Numbered from the whole stretch's first letter, positions 1 to 12,697 are shown. The stretch is DNA of 59,641 nucleotides, filler included, from Sphacelaria rigidula (GCA_964200075.2; 10 parts of 10 records of this genome joined end to end with filler, not necessarily neighbours in it); one strand, 5' to 3'. Notes: generated by a model from the sequence alone, not told the origin. Made by a program: numbers and translations.

Positions 1-2132
1 TATGGCCACGCGAAAACGGACGTCTCGCCTCCAGAAACCGCTCACCTTTTCTAGGTCAAATTTCGCCCAGGTATACCTGATCTAGGGATTCTTTTTCAAT
101 CGTACCTTATCTGGGCCACCGATCGGCCGAGAACGTACCTGTACTGGGCCATTGCTCTCTAGACTGTACCTGATGCGGGACATCGCGCGCAAGGGAGTCT
201 ACGCGCCAACTCCAGCCATGGCGCCCACACATTCGGCTCTTTTCCCGCTCATTTTCTATTTACGGACGCCACAACGACCACGCCCCTTTCTCCCGGGAAA
301 TCGTTCCCGAGTCTCTCCGCTATTACTGTTCTGTTCCCATCTCGATATGCGTGATGACCAGCACTGTCGTATCCGTTGCTTGAACCAACCATCGATGATG
401 CGACAACCGCCCGTTGGTGGCGGAAGAGCCTAGCGTGACCCTGACACCAGCCCCGAGATCGCAACAGTACAACAGTGTTCCACAGCCCACCGGATCACAA
501 AAGACCGACGCGCTGGAAGTTGTGAGCCCAGTTAGGGTGTTGATCGACGTGATGGGTGTGTTACCCCTCCGACCGCGAGGGTACTTCATTTGGATCATGC
601 CTACTTTTTTCAAGTGAATTTGATGTCGATTCAACAGATGACCTATTCTCGCCATCAATCATGAGACCATTGCCCTCGCATCTCTACAAGACCGGGTCGG
701 AGCACGCCGGTTCGTCACCGGAGCAGGCTCAAAGGGGGGGGGGGAGGGCGTACTCAAAAGGGGGGGGGGGGTTATCTGCTCCATTGTATGCGCCAAACGG
801 CGAAGCCTTACGCTTTGGCGTGGCCCCTGCGGAGCCCGCTTGCAGTCATGAACCACGATTCGTGATTTCACTCACTTTTCAACGACGTTGGCACCTTGCC
901 ACCAATTCTGGGTCACTTCGCTGCAGGGGCGTTTGCCCTTGTTCGTACCCCCCGAATCCACGGTTGAAGCACGCTTGCATTGAATGTGCACATCGAGATT
1001 CGGACCTCTTGTGGGGCTGATGATTTCGAGTGCTCCTAGCGTGCGCAGAACGCATTTTTGCGAGCGCATACTTTGCCCGGGGCACCGTTTGCATCCCCCT
1101 TGCCCACGGGTTCTCGGCGTGCTCTGGGTTGGGGCTAGCGTTGGGCTCATCGTTCTTCCAAAAATGTGTCACACCATGAATTTCGGGACACGAAATGGAA
1201 TAAGGCCACCTCCTTCGCTCGTTGCCGAACCCACCATTAGTGAAGTGAAATCGACAAACGCCCTGTGGCGCCCGAACCTGCTCTACGTTTGAGTCTAGTG
1301 GCGAATTGAATGAAGTACGTCCGAAATAGCTTATCTCCCATGGCCTTTTTTCTTCTATAAGTGCATGTACGTTTTGGCGCTGGGCCGTTTCCGTCTGTTG
1401 CCATGCTGTAGCGGCCGGCCATGATGAGCTTCTATCCCGTCGGGTTTTTTTTTGACGATCCATATAAATATATATATATATTAATTTTTGAGCAATGGCC
1501 TGAAAGCTGCAAAGAAAAGGAGGACTACTGTATAGTTTGATACTTCGTTTGTTTTAGTGTAAGATCGCGGTGCTTCATGGATATGAAGACGCGCGCGGAT
1601 TTGACGCTACTACTGTTCTGTCCCTATTTCTATATGCGTCACGGCCAGTACTGTACGTATCCGTTCCTTGAACCAGCCATCGATGATGCGAGAACCGCTC
1701 GTTAGTGGCGGAAGAACCTAGCTTGACCTTGACACCAGCCCCGAGATCGCAACAGCACGGTGTTTCACAAAGACCGACGCCCTGTGATCTGTGAGTCCAC
1801 TTATTGTGTCGATGCGGAGAGACTTGGGAACGATTTCCCGGGAGAAAGGGGCGTGGTCGTTGTGGCGTCCGTTATTAGAAAATGAGCGGGAAAAGAGCCG
1901 AATGTGTGGGCGCCATGGCTGGAGTTGGCGCGTAGACTCCCTTGCACGGGATGTGCCGCATCAGGTACATTGTAGAGAGCAATGACCCAGTACAGGTACG
2001 TTCTCGGCCGATCGGTGGCCCAGATAAGGTACGATTGAAAAAGAATCCCTAGATCAGGTATACCTGGGCGAAATTTGACCTAGAAAAGGTGAGCGGTTGC
2101 TGGAGGCGAGACGCCGTTTTCGCGTGGCCATA
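1..2132. mobile_element. Foldback/MITE-like element with ~320-bp inverted arms (1-320 and 1814-2132); left arm cut by the contig start
   Basis: 1-320 is the near-exact reverse complement of 1814-2132 (tatggccacgcgaaaacgg... versus ...ccgttttcgcgtggccata). No convincing transposase between the arms. Confidence 0.75.
321..548 (+). repeat. Diverged ~210-230-bp direct repeat, second copy at 1608-1813
   Basis: Shared blocks tactgttctgt, cttgaacca.ccatcgatgatgcga, gtggcggaaga.cctagc, tgacaccagccccgagatcgcaacag and aaagaccgacgc. Confidence 0.85.
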
Positions 2133-2329
2133 TCTCTCGAGTAACATGTTTTTTTCCCCGTTTTTTTCGCGGCCCGGGTGCCAATGGTCCCCCCGAATGA
2201 TGTGCGTAAAAAGTTCGGAGCGAAAACTGTGAAAATGGCGTGTTTGGCTGTTTTCTTGTTTCTGTGCATTTTTTGTATCTTTCTTGGGCAAAAAACGAGA
2301 AGGTACACCATTTCTAGGCCATTGCCCTA

Positions 2330-2582
2330 TATTTATCCCCAGCTATTCTCCGTTTCTTTCCTTTCCTGTATCTGCTTGACTTTTTCCCTTCGGTGTTCCC
2401 TGTTTTGTTTTTATAGTATGTGTCTTGATTTTCTCACATTCCTTCTCCAGCGGATGGTTCCGTTGTTGCGCAGCTTGGGCACGTGTACCTCGTAGATAAT
2501 GATCACGACTGGGGTCCCTCGGGGATCACCTAATGTGCGGCAATCAATCAATCAATCTATGTATCTATCTATCAATCAATCG
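2330..2582 (+). mobile_element. Non-LTR retroposon 3' end with (CAAT)n tail
   Basis: T-rich body ending tgtgcggcaatcaatcaatcaatc. Related reverse-strand copy at ~19562-19680 ends cgtgcggcaatcaatccaccaatcaat. Related segment at ~8900-9060 (-). Confidence 0.55.
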
Positions 2583-2589
2583 AATAATG

Positions 2590-2968
2590 ACATGTCGTAC
2601 AGATCGTGATCCGTCTGCAACAACTTATCAAAGAAGACTTTCGGATTCGTCGGTCCGAAATCACAAAGTGTTTGACCGCGGGGCCAGCAAAGCCAGGGCG
2701 CAACCTTTTACGTTTCGGACGAATCATCGCCGGTTCGAATCGCCAAATCCACTGTTTTTCGGACCTGATTGCACAACAAAGAAAAAGATGTTAGACCACT
2801 GGTCAAAAAGGTCTCCAGGCATTTTTTGCGCCATTGCACGTGCCTGGGCTGCGCGTACCTGGGTTGCCACGCTCAAGACAAGGCCGAAGGATTGATTCGT
2901 GCTGTACGAATCGATTATACTGAAATCAAGTAATTTCCAGACGAATCATCAATTCGTCCGACCCTTGC
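2590..2968 (+). repeat. Dispersed repeat (probable non-autonomous DNA transposon end), related copy ~9200-9471
   Basis: Shared ttgaccgcggg, gcctggg..gcgcg.ac, acgaatc.at, caagtaat.t..agacg.atcat and terminal gtcc.acccttg in both contigs. Confidence 0.6.
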
Positions 2969-4999
2969 AACCTTTGTGTTATAGTGCTGGGCGTGCTCGG
3001 CGTCCGGTGCTGCAGGGAGTAAACATGGACAATGAGGGGGCCAAATGATCGATCGAGATCATGATCCGAGTCAGTACACTGAGAGGGAGTATTCTTCAGA
3101 CGGATCATGATCTGTCCTACGTGTGTCATCATTCAATCTCGCTACCTCAGACCCAATCGACCAACAATATGTCGACGGGTACAGTCTAGACAAGGAAGTG
3201 TCGGGCGATCTTTGTGTCCTCCGGAGATTCTACTGAGGCTCGTCTCACGTTTTAATGAAAAACAAATAAAATCGGCGCGCAGATGTCTTCCCCCACGAGT
3301 CATCTTTTCAAGAGTGCAAATCACATCCGAACATTGGGTGGGAAGACAACTTCACGTTGAGGTGGGGCAGGTCAACCGGTAATACTTACGCGAGTTCGTC
3401 AAATCACCCACGGTTGAAAATAGTCGTTTTTTTATACAGGACCATCAGATTCAGATCTTCAAAAAGAGGCTGACAGTACAGCGTGCTGCCATCATGGGCC
3501 ACGCTAGTTTTTACGCAAATCGGCGCCAATTTGAGCCCTGCCAATGCACACTCTTCTCCCAAGATACCATCCACATGCTCTCTTATCCGAGGGGTCACGG
3601 TATGCCCTGGGTGGGAGTAAGAGTTAGGGTTAGGGTTAAGGCTACTCTTTTCATCATCCGAAGTTCGAACAAGAATGAACTCGTTCACACGTGAGGCGAT
3701 TTTTATCGATATAGCTCGCTGGTTGCAAACGATCTTTTTTTGTTTCTCGCCCTCCCGCGCTGGTGAAGCCACTTTACGGATTATGCGGATGATGCTCCAC
3801 TTGCGCCGTAGATGTCTATATTACACACAGTACAGTATTCAGTATTTGCTTTATTTGAATGTGGAGTTTTTCTCGTTTGTTACGGCGGGATCCGTTTTTG
3901 TAGTGTCCGATGAACTCCACCAATGTCTTCCAAGTACTGTAGCAGGTTTTTATTTTTTTATTTCAATTTCTCGAAGTGAATTCGGTTTCTGCTCGGGGTA
4001 AAAAATCGACTCGCCGGTTTTCTGCGACTCGATTTTTGCGACCTTTTTTTTGTATATTTCCTACTCTTGAACCCCTATTGATTCTGTTTTGGGAGGGAAA
4101 CGTTTGTCAAACAGACACCAAACGCATCTCGCTGCAAGGGGTTACCTGGACACACACAGCAGTTGCTACTACCTACCTAGTATCATCCTCCAAATCGAAG
4201 TCTTGAGTGAGAACGCCCAGCGTGCAGCTGCTTGACGCGACCACTGCGTTCTGCCACGGACCCTTCCCCACGTACCCGACAAGGTACAACATCCCCGTAC
4301 AGACAGTAGCAGTGCTAGCGGGTCCTACGTCCTGACAGTCTGGTAGCCGGCAAGGTGGTTGTGGTCGTGTCCTTCTAACGATATCAATTTACAGTGCACT
4401 GGAGCAGAGTTTGCGGGTAAATATTTCGGCGATTGCCTCACCTGCAGTTTGACCATATGTCGTGAATTTTTTCACGGTCTCACTAAGTAACATTACATAC
4501 ATGTGGAAATGTACCAGACCCTGGACAAAGATTTCTACAGTCAGCACGAAAACGATGTTGGGTGTGTACTGCGCACTTCGTGACAAGAGTGTGTAAATCT
4601 CTCCACGATGTGGAATGCTACAGGCGGCTTTCGAGCCATAGCGGCTGTGTTACCATATAGCTTTGCCCAAAATACAGACAGCCATTACAGTGGCGGAGGC
4701 GGCCTTTTACTCCTGCGTGCACCACCCCGGGGAAATGCACGCTGTGGCTGCAACACGAACAACTCTACAAAATGTGGCGTAGCGATGTAGCGCGTAGCGA
4801 GGGGTGATATCCCGCGTACACGTTGACCGCGGGTGCGTTCATGATGTTGTGAAGTAACTAGGACATCGCGAAAACAATGCAAGACAGGGATAGGCTGAGG
4901 ATGTGACGTCCTGCGGTGTGCTTTGTCACTCTGCACCCTGCCGCTGTGCAGTGAGCAGGTAGTACCGCTGAAGGCGTCACGCTGCGTTTTTTTTCCCCC

Positions 5000-5240
5000 T
5001 TGATGGAAGGAGGGAACCTAACACAACACTTACCCCGCAAGCGATCGCAGGCGATCGCTAGCGAGTTTGTGTGCCGATTACCCGAAGACTCGGCTAGACT
5101 ACCTACCTCGCGGCAGTCATGTGGGGGAGGCGCCTCCAGTGGTGGTTCAAGGCAGTGCGGGGGATGCTCCCACTGAAACCCCCTGTCAACTTGGCGCAGT
5201 ACACGCGCCGCCCTGCTCTTGAGAGCTTCGGGTCTAGGTC
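5000..5240 (+). repeat. Dispersed repeat, reverse-complement copy at ~54570-54800
   Basis: ttacccg.ag.c.cggctagact.cct, aggcgcctc and accccc.gtcaacttggcgca.t.cacgc occur in opposite orientation in contigs 1 and 10. Confidence 0.7.
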
Positions 5241-5875
5241 ACGCTGCGGTTGGTACGCAGTGTCGAGCACAGCAGCAAGCAGCATATTTTATGTACATCG
5301 TGTGTGTAGTGTGTGTTCTAAGCCCGATGCGCGCACACACACAGCAACTACTCTCGCCATCATCCATCGATCAGTGGGGTACCCCCCCCCTCTTCAAATA
5401 GGGTACCCAGGGGTTCCCCCCCCCCTCCCCTCCCGCGACCCCAGAATGAGGTTCGGGCGACCTGAGGGGTGGTGGTGCCGTTATTTCCCGATATGGGCCC
5501 CCTCGGCCCAGCGTGCAGGTGCTTGAGGCTTGGCGCCGTCTTCTGTCTGCCCGAGAAACAGCAGTTTGCAACTCATAGTCTATGGCGTACCGGGAAGCAA
5601 GTACTGTGCGTGTACTTGAAAACAGGCTTAATGATGGCTGGGACTAGTGCGGGACGACCTAGCGGGAACTTTCGGGGAAACGGCTCGCGTCTCAGCGCCG
5701 GCTTGCTGCGGTCCCTCGCGAATGTAGGGCGACGGCGATAACACGAACGCAATTAATGCTTCAATACAACTTTACGGTTCCGGGCAACGACACATCACCA
5801 TACAGACTGGTCCGCCCAAGAAGCCACCAGGAATGTTGAAACGCATTTTCTTCGCTCAATTTTGGATCGTTTTCG

Positions 5876-5975
5876 NNNNNNNNNNNNNNNNNNNNNNNNN
5901 NNNNNNNNNNNNNNNNNNNTTAATTAATTAANNNNNNNNNNNNNNNNNNNNNNNNNNNNNNNNNNNNNNNNNNNN
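5876..5975. other. Artificial contig spacer (44 N + TTAATTAATTAA + 44 N), first of nine
   Basis: Identical 100-bp spacers at 5876-5975, 11851-11950, 17826-17925, 23800-23899, 29774-29873, 35748-35847, 41722-41821, 47696-47795 and 53669-53768. The contigs between them are 5875, 5875, 5875, 5874, 5874, 5874, 5874, 5874, 5873 and 5873 bp, i.e. sorted by size. Confidence 0.98.
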
Positions 5976-6781
5976 AACATTATGGGCCTTTTTTTTCGGG
6001 CAACCAAATCCCCCCCCCCCTATCGTAGGATGACTCTGTTGTCACCTACTACTGCCGCCGCCGCCGCACTCCGGTACTCTGAATTAAAACGATTCAAGAG
6101 AATCAAGTTGGGTCGGGGAAATGCGGGTTCGAAAATCGAAATTCCCGCTGATCATTTTTTTTTGTTCCTGAGAAGTATCCAACGTTGGTCGTCGAAAACG
6201 TGAGGGCGTGGGTAACAAAAAAAAAGTGAACTAAACGAGGGTGGAGTGCTGATCCAATAATCAGAGCGGGGGAAGATGGACTGATCCATTGAGGTCAGGG
6301 ACTCATCCTCACGAGAGGGGGCGGGGAGGGGTTGAAAGTGCCGTGGAAATTGAAAAGCACAACAAAAGTACTAAATGAATACCTGCGGCACAACAAAAAC
6401 TAGCTGGGTCATGAAACTTGCATTTCGTTCACCCCGCCTCACCCCTGAGCAGTACTGTTGTCATTATTTAAAGACGATTTAGTCAACTATAAACGCACTT
6501 TTTGTTGGGGTGTGCTAAAGTCATGTGACGACGAGAATTTCGCATTCCGCCTGGCGGCCACGCGGTCTTTCCCCCCCCCTGAAGTGTGTTGTGTTTCTGT
6601 CAAGTGATTACCCAGAGGTCAGAGTTTATTCGCTTCGGTTGTACATGCCTCCATTCAACTTGAAACGTTGTTCGAAACTTCATAAGTTCGAGGTACTAGT
6701 ACGTCAGAATCATGTACTTTCGTAATTGCAAGTCAAGCAACCCCCCGTCTCGTCCCCCTCCCGCTCGTCTTGGCGAAACAG

Positions 6782-7126
6782 ATCGAAAATCTGATCAAGG
6801 ATTTCCCGAAGATCAGCGACAGGGTCACCGACTGGCGACAAGAATCGCAAGCAGCGGCGGCGGCAGCAGCAGCAGCGTGCGCTGACGCCACGGTCACCGA
6901 TAGTATTTGCGCCGGGGGGTTGATGGGCGGCGGCGGTTGCAGGTCTCGCTCTCGAGAGGTAGCGGGAGCTGATGCGGATGCATTGGGGCTGGGGGCCAGG
7001 GATCGGTTGATTGTGGCGAGTGCGCTGTTGCATGGGGCCGATGTTAGTTCTTCCGGGAGGGCGTGGCCGACATGTAGAGTGTGGGTGAAGCGACTCATGG
7101 AGGAATTCCAGTTCCAGGCTGATGAG
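6782..7126 (+). CDS. Class I 3',5'-cyclic nucleotide phosphodiesterase catalytic domain, internal exon (gene 5'-truncated)
   Basis: Pyrimidine tract plus cag acceptor, gag|gtgatt donor. Encodes ...ASALLHGADVSSSGRAWPTCRVWVKRLMEEFQFQADE, matching the PDEase_I pattern HxADxS(NP)xRxW...W...EEFxxQ(G)DxE. Confidence 0.85.
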
Positions 7127-8844
7127 GTGATTCCTCTTCCCCCCTCCCCCTCCCCCCTCCCTGTTTTTCCTTTTCTTGTCTTGTTCCACTCATGATAAGA
7201 AGACCGACACTGTTGCTACTGCTCCCATGAACGAAGAGAACCCACCCGAACTCGACACCTGACTTTAGACGTGTACGGCAGTGCTCTACGTTACTGTATT
7301 GATTGATCATGATGGCAAATGCGAGATTGACGAGTTGTGCTGCACCCGGGTACGTGACACAATATTGAGACCGCCCGGGGGTTGAAACTAGACCTGTGAA
7401 CAGCACCAACACGACGAAATACACACATGCACACACACGCGCGCGCGCGCGTGCATTTGAAACTGGTCAAGGACGGGCATGCGTGTGGCAAAGCACAACG
7501 GCGTTGTTTTTTCGAGGTCGTTCAGTGGAACACAGCTACTACGTAGTCTATGCTGCTCTCGAGTGAAGTCTTGACTTTTCGCTTCGAAACTGGAACCGTT
7601 TTTTTGTTTCTGGACGCGTGCTGCACTTACCTATATGTCCACACTAACTATACTTATTCCCACACAATGTCCGAGTGTTGTACAGTGTTGATCCCACGAT
7701 AGCCATGTTGCGAGACAACCTGTATTGCGACAAATTCCGCTCGTGTATTGCATGCCCAGCATTTATATGTACATGTCTCTTTTCACTTTTTCCACCACTT
7801 TTGCAGAGTTGTCTCTGGCGGCACGGCATGTCTTCCCGCGTTTTCTTTTGCAGCGCACTGAAAAGGCTCAGCGGTACATTTCCGTTCAGGTTTGGGTGTC
7901 ATCTGATGCCTGTGGCGCGTGTTCTGGCCACCGAAAGTCGCTCAAACTGGCCCTTTTCCGAACCACAAAAGTCTTCTCAAGATCGCGAAAAATTTGCAAC
8001 ATTAAACCGAACCACAAAAAAGCCTGTCGAAGATCATGGAAATCTTCAAGCAGGATTACTTTTGGCGGGGTATTTACCCCCCATGTTTCTCTTTGTCGCG
8101 TTCTCGTTGATAGCACGAACACACCAGTTATGCCGCCAATGTCACGCGAACATGAGAGCAAAGCAGTTGAAAACAATTGAACATTGCCTTGGCCTTAGTC
8201 AGCAGCAAACGCAGGACCGCGCAATGGACCGTTTGCGAGTTAAAGCAGGCCCAGCAGCACGGCAGCACAGGAATGTCTTTGCCGGAAAAACAATGACCCT
8301 GTTTTGAATAAAGACCCGGTGATGTGGAAGCCACAGCGATTTACAGAGAACATGCCAAGAATGTTCCACGCATTCGAATTTTTCATGAGTGCCTTCCGCT
8401 GTCGTGTCCTTGTGGCACGAGAGCTACTTCACACTCTGGCACCTCGGGTACACCATACATGTCCTACGCCGGCGGTTCCGCCGTCGGCCTCTGTCCGAAT
8501 TCCCATATTTCCGAACGACATCCGATGACACATTCGATGTTTTGTACAGCCACGATCAATATACTGCACGTTGAGATACAACAGCCTCTCTGAACCATAT
8601 ATTTCCGACTTGCGTCATCCCCGGGAGGCCCGACCCGACCTCTCGAAGGGGAACCTTGTAAATATATTGCTTTGAAACGTGATAAACTGCGCCGGAAATA
8701 TATACCGCCACGTCAGGTGTCGAGTATATTGCACCGTCAATCTATAACTGCGTTGTTTGGCTCACAATATAGTTCCTCGAAAGTATATATATGTTGATTT
8801 GAGTGTTTGATCACCGCACTTCAATTTCTGCCCCAGGAGTTACG

Positions 8845-8933
8845 ATCCAGCCGTGGTGATTATCCAGCCGTGGTGATTATCCAGCCGTGGTGATTATCCA
8901 GCCGTGCTCGTTATCCAGCTGTGGTCATTATCC
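8845..8933. repeat. 17-bp tandem repeat (atccagccgtggtgatt), about 5 copies
   Basis: Directly visible. Lies at the end of a retroposon 3'-end fragment inside a PDE intron. Confidence 0.9.
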
Positions 8934-9545
8934 ATTATCCACATGATGGACGTACCCGAGATAGAAACAAAACAGGAACACTCGCTGAAGAAATGTGACG
9001 AAAACAGAACGATAGAAGAAACAAGTAGAATAGACTAAGAAAAAAAAGAAGTGAAGGGTAGAACAAAACACAACGACTACGTGTACTTGAAATAAGGGGG
9101 GTACGGAGCGACACAATAGGGAACATTCAATTACATACGCACAGCTAGCCCCCTTGGTTTGAATTTGAAGCACAGTGCGCGACTGTTTTATCACAAAATG
9201 TTCTTCATCACCAACACGTGAATTTTCCCAAAGGCCGAGTGAATCATTGCTGGTTCATGTAATCAAATTCATGATTCCTGAGGCGTGACTGCTCAAAATT
9301 GACCGCGGGTCAAGAATATCTCTACTGTACGCAAATTTTGCATTGTTCCGCGGGCCTGGGGTGCGCGCACTTGAGGTGAAAACACCAAAAATAAAGCCAA
9401 AGGATTAGGGACGAATCAATACACTAAAACCAAGTAATGTTTAGACGCATCATTATTTGTCCAACCCTTGGAATTTCCACTGCTAAATTCTGCCTGCATA
9501 TGTTGCATTCGCTGCAAACACCACACCCGATCGACTCGACCTCAC

Positions 9546-9595
<50 letters not shown>

Positions 9596-9708
9596 CCCCG
9601 CCCGCCCCGCCCTCCACCCCTTCTCTGTATGTCCCTGACGCTCTCGTCTGTTTTTGATTGTACCAATGGTATGAAATGTGGGCGACCGGGGTGTCGCGTG
9701 TTTGCTAG

Positions 9709-9866
9709 GAGCGGAAAAGAGGCCTCCCCGTGACGGTGCTGCAGAGCCCGCCGGCGGCGACGCAGCCTGGCTTCATCAACTTCATTCTCATGCCGTTTTT
9801 CAAGACCATGCTACCGATCATGCCTGGGCTGGAGGACGAGTACCTTCCGCTTCTCCGCGGCAACCT
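9709..9866 (+). CDS. Phosphodiesterase, next exon (not in the supplied ORF frames)
   Basis: tag acceptor, ct|gtgagt donor, in phase with the previous exon. Encodes ERKRGLPVTVLQSPPAATQPGFINFILMPFFKTMLPIMPGLEDEYLPLLRGNL, i.e. ExxxGLP, the invariant Gln motif QxGFIxFI and NL. Confidence 0.85.
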
Positions 9867-10189
9867 GTGAGTATTTTGTCGTCGTTGTTGTTGTTATCGC
9901 CTTCAACTCACGAAGGAGCAAGAAACTTGACGTCCATATATATATATATATATTGTGCCCCATTTATTCCGTACCGAATTTCAAAGTCCAACTCTCAAAA
10001 CTGAGGTGAAGCGGGGCGATTTAGAAATCGGGCCGGTCGAAATTCGGAGCAGTATTTTGCAGGCTACTTACCTGCCCAGGTTTGGTCTTCATGTTTTGAG
10101 ATTTTGTGTGGGACCTCGCGAGGGGATAATGAACGAAAATAAGGGGACATTTTTTTTTTTCCATCATTAGTTCAGGACTTTCCAGTATA

Positions 10190-10567
10190 CGACGTTGTAA
10201 ATCCCATTTTTTCGTGAAAACGCTCCCACCTGTCAAAAACAAAGAACGACGGTCCACTTTTTCATGTTTAGTACGCCTTTGTGACTGTCCATGCTAAATT
10301 TCAAATCACAATTCTTGAAACTGAGCAGAAGGACTGAGATGAGGTCCGAGAACAATGTCCATTTTGTCCTTGAAACTCCCCTCAAAAATGAAAAGAGTGA
10401 AAATGCTCGAGTTTTTTTCTCATTGTGCACGAGCGATTCTCCATACGAAATTTCAAAGCACAACTCTCGAAACCTGACGCGAAATCTAGATTCAGTGCAG
10501 TTGGTGCCTCCGCTAGTAATATACTGATTTGAGTATGGAATATTACGTGCGCCATATCTCGAGATGG
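10190..10567 (+). repeat. Dispersed repeat, second copy ~40905-41287
   Basis: Shared tccatgc.aa.tttcaaatcaca.ttct, ttctccat, agcacaactctc and gc.ccatatctcgagat in the same order. Confidence 0.75.
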
Positions 10568-11436
10568 ATAGCGAATCAGGTGAAGGTGAGAGTATCGATC
10601 GTCTCCCTGTCTCCAGGGAATGTCCACCACCAAAAGTCATCATCCGCTGTACATATATCGTTCGGAGTTTCATATAGACTTTGGTATGGACGTGATCTCC
10701 GTACGGTATAGGAATTGATTAATTTATTATCTCGCATTAGCTAATGGCAACAATCCAGCCCTTGATCAGGAGCAGCAAAAGATGAGCAGCATAGTAAAGA
10801 AGGAAAGGAACAGAAAAGACAGAAGCGACAGCCACAGAAAGGAAAGAAGAAGGTAAGCAGTGGCAACAACAACAACAACAGCAAAAGCAACAACAACGAC
10901 AACATAGACACAAACACAAACACAAACAACACAACGAGACGATTATCTCGCATTACGTAGCTCCGTGCAAGACTCCAGCTCGTGATCGGAAACAGAAAAC
11001 AAAATGAAAAAAAATTGCAGAAATGAAAAAATTGAAGAATAACACGCGGAGAAAGGAGTACGCGATACAGAAGACAGAGCCAGGCTTGTTTCCAGACGAA
11101 AAAGAAAAACAGACAAGGAATCACCTAAAATAAGAAGAGGTGAACAAATCAGAGAGAGGAACCAAACACAATGCTTCACGTATCTGGCGTAGGCTGTGAC
11201 GAGTTGGTGTTTGTACTGTCGGCTCATCGTGGCCTGCAGCTTTCGCGTGCCGTATCGCTGCCTCTTGGAATATACTAGACATGATTTTAATCAACGACAA
11301 AAAATGGCCTAGACTCTTGACCGGATGGGCACCCTTCCTGTGGATTGGACGATTCATACAGTGTGGGGATCATGGCCCAACTAGCCGATATTACTTTGAG
11401 AGCTTGAACCCGTTTCTAGGCTGGACCAGCTCGTAG

Positions 11437-11494
11437 GGAGATATGGAGAGCGAGAGATATGAAGGAAAAAATGGAGGATGTGTTTGCAGCTTGA
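11437..11494 (+). CDS. Candidate terminal exon of the phosphodiesterase
   Basis: A phase-2 join gives NL-EIWRARDMKEKMEDVFAA*, restoring the NxxxW motif that ends PDE catalytic domains. The acceptor (ctcgtag) has a weak pyrimidine tract, so this is tentative. Confidence 0.4.
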
Positions 11495-12471
11495 AAAAAA
11501 AACAGCCGTGTTTAGTGGTACTGCAGATTCAGTGCGACGGGTGTCACGCATGGCAGGGAGCATAGCGAAAGGGCACGGAGGGCTTTGATTCCCAATGCTG
11601 TATGCGTAGTGGAGGTTAGGAATCTTGTGGCGGCATTGTGTTTGCTCTGATCGATTCCCATGGTTTTCCGGGTGTCATTCATATTCAAAACTATTGCGCG
11701 AATCTTGGAGGGAATTTGCAGTGAGATGCACTGAATATATATGTTTATGTATGGGTTCTCCCCAAGTGAACTTAAGTGGCTGTCTCTGGAAGTGGCGATA
11801 CCAGAAAATAAAGCAACTCATTGTAGGCTGTCATCCAAATGCAAGATAATNNNNNNNNNNNNNNNNNNNNNNNNNNNNNNNNNNNNNNNNNNNNTTAATT
11901 AATTAANNNNNNNNNNNNNNNNNNNNNNNNNNNNNNNNNNNNNNNNNNNNTGACCATTGACCACGCATCCCTTTCGAGACGGAGCATGGGGGGGGGGGGG
12001 TATTTTGGGCCATTTCTTGCACAAAATTCCAAGTCAAATCGTCGTTGAAAGGAGCAAAGGTTTCTCGAACAAGCTTGTTATAGATTAATAATGCTCATTC
12101 CTGCCGATTGACACCGTTTTGAACCAAATACAAGCGCACCGCGAGTGTGGCAGGTCGTCTGACACACTTTCGAGCCATTCTTTTCGGGCAATCAAATACG
12201 CCCCTCCCTATCGTAAGATGACTCACAACAAGTAAGTCGAACAAACGTCGTGTGGGTGTTCTAAAACTTCTACATTATTTGCTCCAAAGTCAACGGCGAA
12301 CATGGGCGTTTCGGAGGTTTTCCCATTGCATTACATTCCGCTCGTTTTTGTCATAACAGGTACTTGTGTTGCAATTTGGAGTTTTGGATAAGTACGGAAT
12401 CGGCCAACCTGTGTCGCTGTTTCTGTCACCCATAACATTTAGTGCCATCCACACGCTCGCCACACCGTCAG

Positions 12472-12697
12472 ATTTACGCACTTGGGGCAGCTGAAAGGGT
12501 CGGAAGGGGGCTACATGGTTAAAGGTGACCCAATCTACTCCCTCACGGCCAACCACCATGGCCTCCACGTACGCTTCAGCAACAAGGACTCAATTGAGGA
12601 TTACGTAGACGGGTTGGATGAACCGCTGGACTGGGAAGCCGCGACAGGGGAGTGGGTTCACGTCAAAATCACCACCGTTTTCGGAGAGTCCATGACG
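12472..12697 (+). CDS. Tandem-domain polysaccharide lyase-like protein (alginate lyase PL7/PL41-like), exon a (domain 1, QLK motif; gene 5'-truncated)
   Basis: gtcag acceptor, acg|gtatga donor. Encodes FTHLGQLKGSEGGYMVKGDPIYSLTANHHGLHVRFSNKDSIEDYVDGLDEPLDWEAATGEWVHVKITTVFGESMT. Paralogous to 17281-17517. Confidence 0.8.

Noticed and set aside
3619..3641. Telomere (TTAGGG-like units; also 15360-15402 and 35848-35920)
   Set aside because: Only two or three units or highly degenerate, and mostly internal to repeats. Not a terminal array.
5920..5931. TTAATTAATTAA recurring every ~5.97 kb as a biological periodic motif
   Set aside because: Always embedded in 44+44 N. It is an assembly linker with stops in all six frames, and ORFs ending in X...LIN are artefacts of it.
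7675..8307. 210-aa ORF inside the PDE intron
   Set aside because: No recognisable domain or coding-like composition, and the flanking PDE exons join in phase without it.
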